DNA of 64,000 nucleotides from Arcobacteraceae bacterium (GTDB taxonomy: Bacteria > Campylobacterota > Campylobacteria > Campylobacterales > Arcobacteraceae). The stretch is taken from positions 1,149 to 65,148 of the forward strand of contig JAGLOP010000008.1 of NCBI GenBank assembly GCA_023138835.1, given 5' to 3'. The position numbers and the translations under genes were made by a program. The notes beneath the pieces were generated by a model. It saw only the letters and a program-made list of their open reading frames with translations, was not told the DNA's origin and did not search any database. Positions 63,847 through 64,000 of the stretch are shown here, piece by piece (positions within the stretch are counted from its first letter, which is position 1; the number at the start of each line of letters is the position of its first letter).

Positions 63847-64000
63847 AATCTGCTGTTGTAATTCTTTATATTCTTCAAACTTTTTATTATCTCTTATTTT
63901 TTTAAAAAATTTAATTTGAATAGATGGGCAAATTGCGTCAATATCTTTATCTAAAATATGAGTTTCAACTGCAAACTTACCATCTGTAGTTACCCTGTGA
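63808..64000 (-). CDS. 3' end of an unidentified gene running in from the right edge
   Basis: Open minus-strand frame (..RVTTDGKFAVETHILDKDIDAICPSIQIKFFKKIRDNKKFEEYKELQQQILKDIDDVKVFYS-stop). Overlaps the previous gene by 39 nt. Confidence 0.3.
   Translation of the reverse strand, partial: HRVTTDGKFAVETHILDKDIDAICPSIQIKFFKKIRDNKKFEEYKELQQQILKDIDDVKVFYS

Overview
AT-rich window that looks like a Campylobacterota (Arcobacter/Aliarcobacter-like) chromosome. That assignment is inferred from composition and the kdsA-ribH-nusB-pyrF block.

(1) 1-8700: an Rhs/YD-repeat polymorphic-toxin locus. It holds the 3' end of a main rhs gene with toxin tip CT1 and an immunity gene. Two SD-less 'orphan' rhs fragments follow, each with its own tip and immunity gene. 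Then come an exported ankyrin protein and an AraC regulator.

(2) 8903-49654: an integration hotspot at tRNA-Ser(GCU). Four direct copies of the tRNA 3' end delimit three elements:
- Two integrase-less islets of 1.5 and 2.0 kb. Each has a decayed tRNA-like body, a hairpin and one toxin-type gene (a Fic protein; an HTH-fused HipA kinase).
- A ~37-kb prophage (12411-49591). It carries integrase/excisionase, terminase, a minus-strand virion and lysis block, and a cI-like switch. It also carries a primase-helicase and exonuclease, ParA/ParB, a second small tyrosine recombinase and a tRNA-Arg(UCU). One 2149-aa gene fuses a methyltransferase to an SF2 helicase (P1 DarB-like).

(3) 49.7-64 kb: core genes. 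These are pyrF, nusB, ribH, kdsA, an RCK K+ channel, malic enzyme, a DEAD-box helicase, tRNA-Gly and tRNA-CAT, a GGDEF protein and a GspG/GspF pseudopilus cluster.

Signals most worth a second look:
- A 21-mer found three times in the prophage, once inverted inside the giant gene, next to a small recombinase.
- A 14-mer promoter-like motif at every operon head.
- An ORF-poor 1.2-kb segment with phased 11-bp repeats and small hydrophobic ORFs.
- The toxin-bearing mini-islets.
- Two chromosomal genes whose only possible start is ATC, in a near-identical TAAGGA-N6-ATC context.

No CRISPR array, reverse transcriptase or rRNA was seen. All functional calls come from motifs read by eye; no database search was run.
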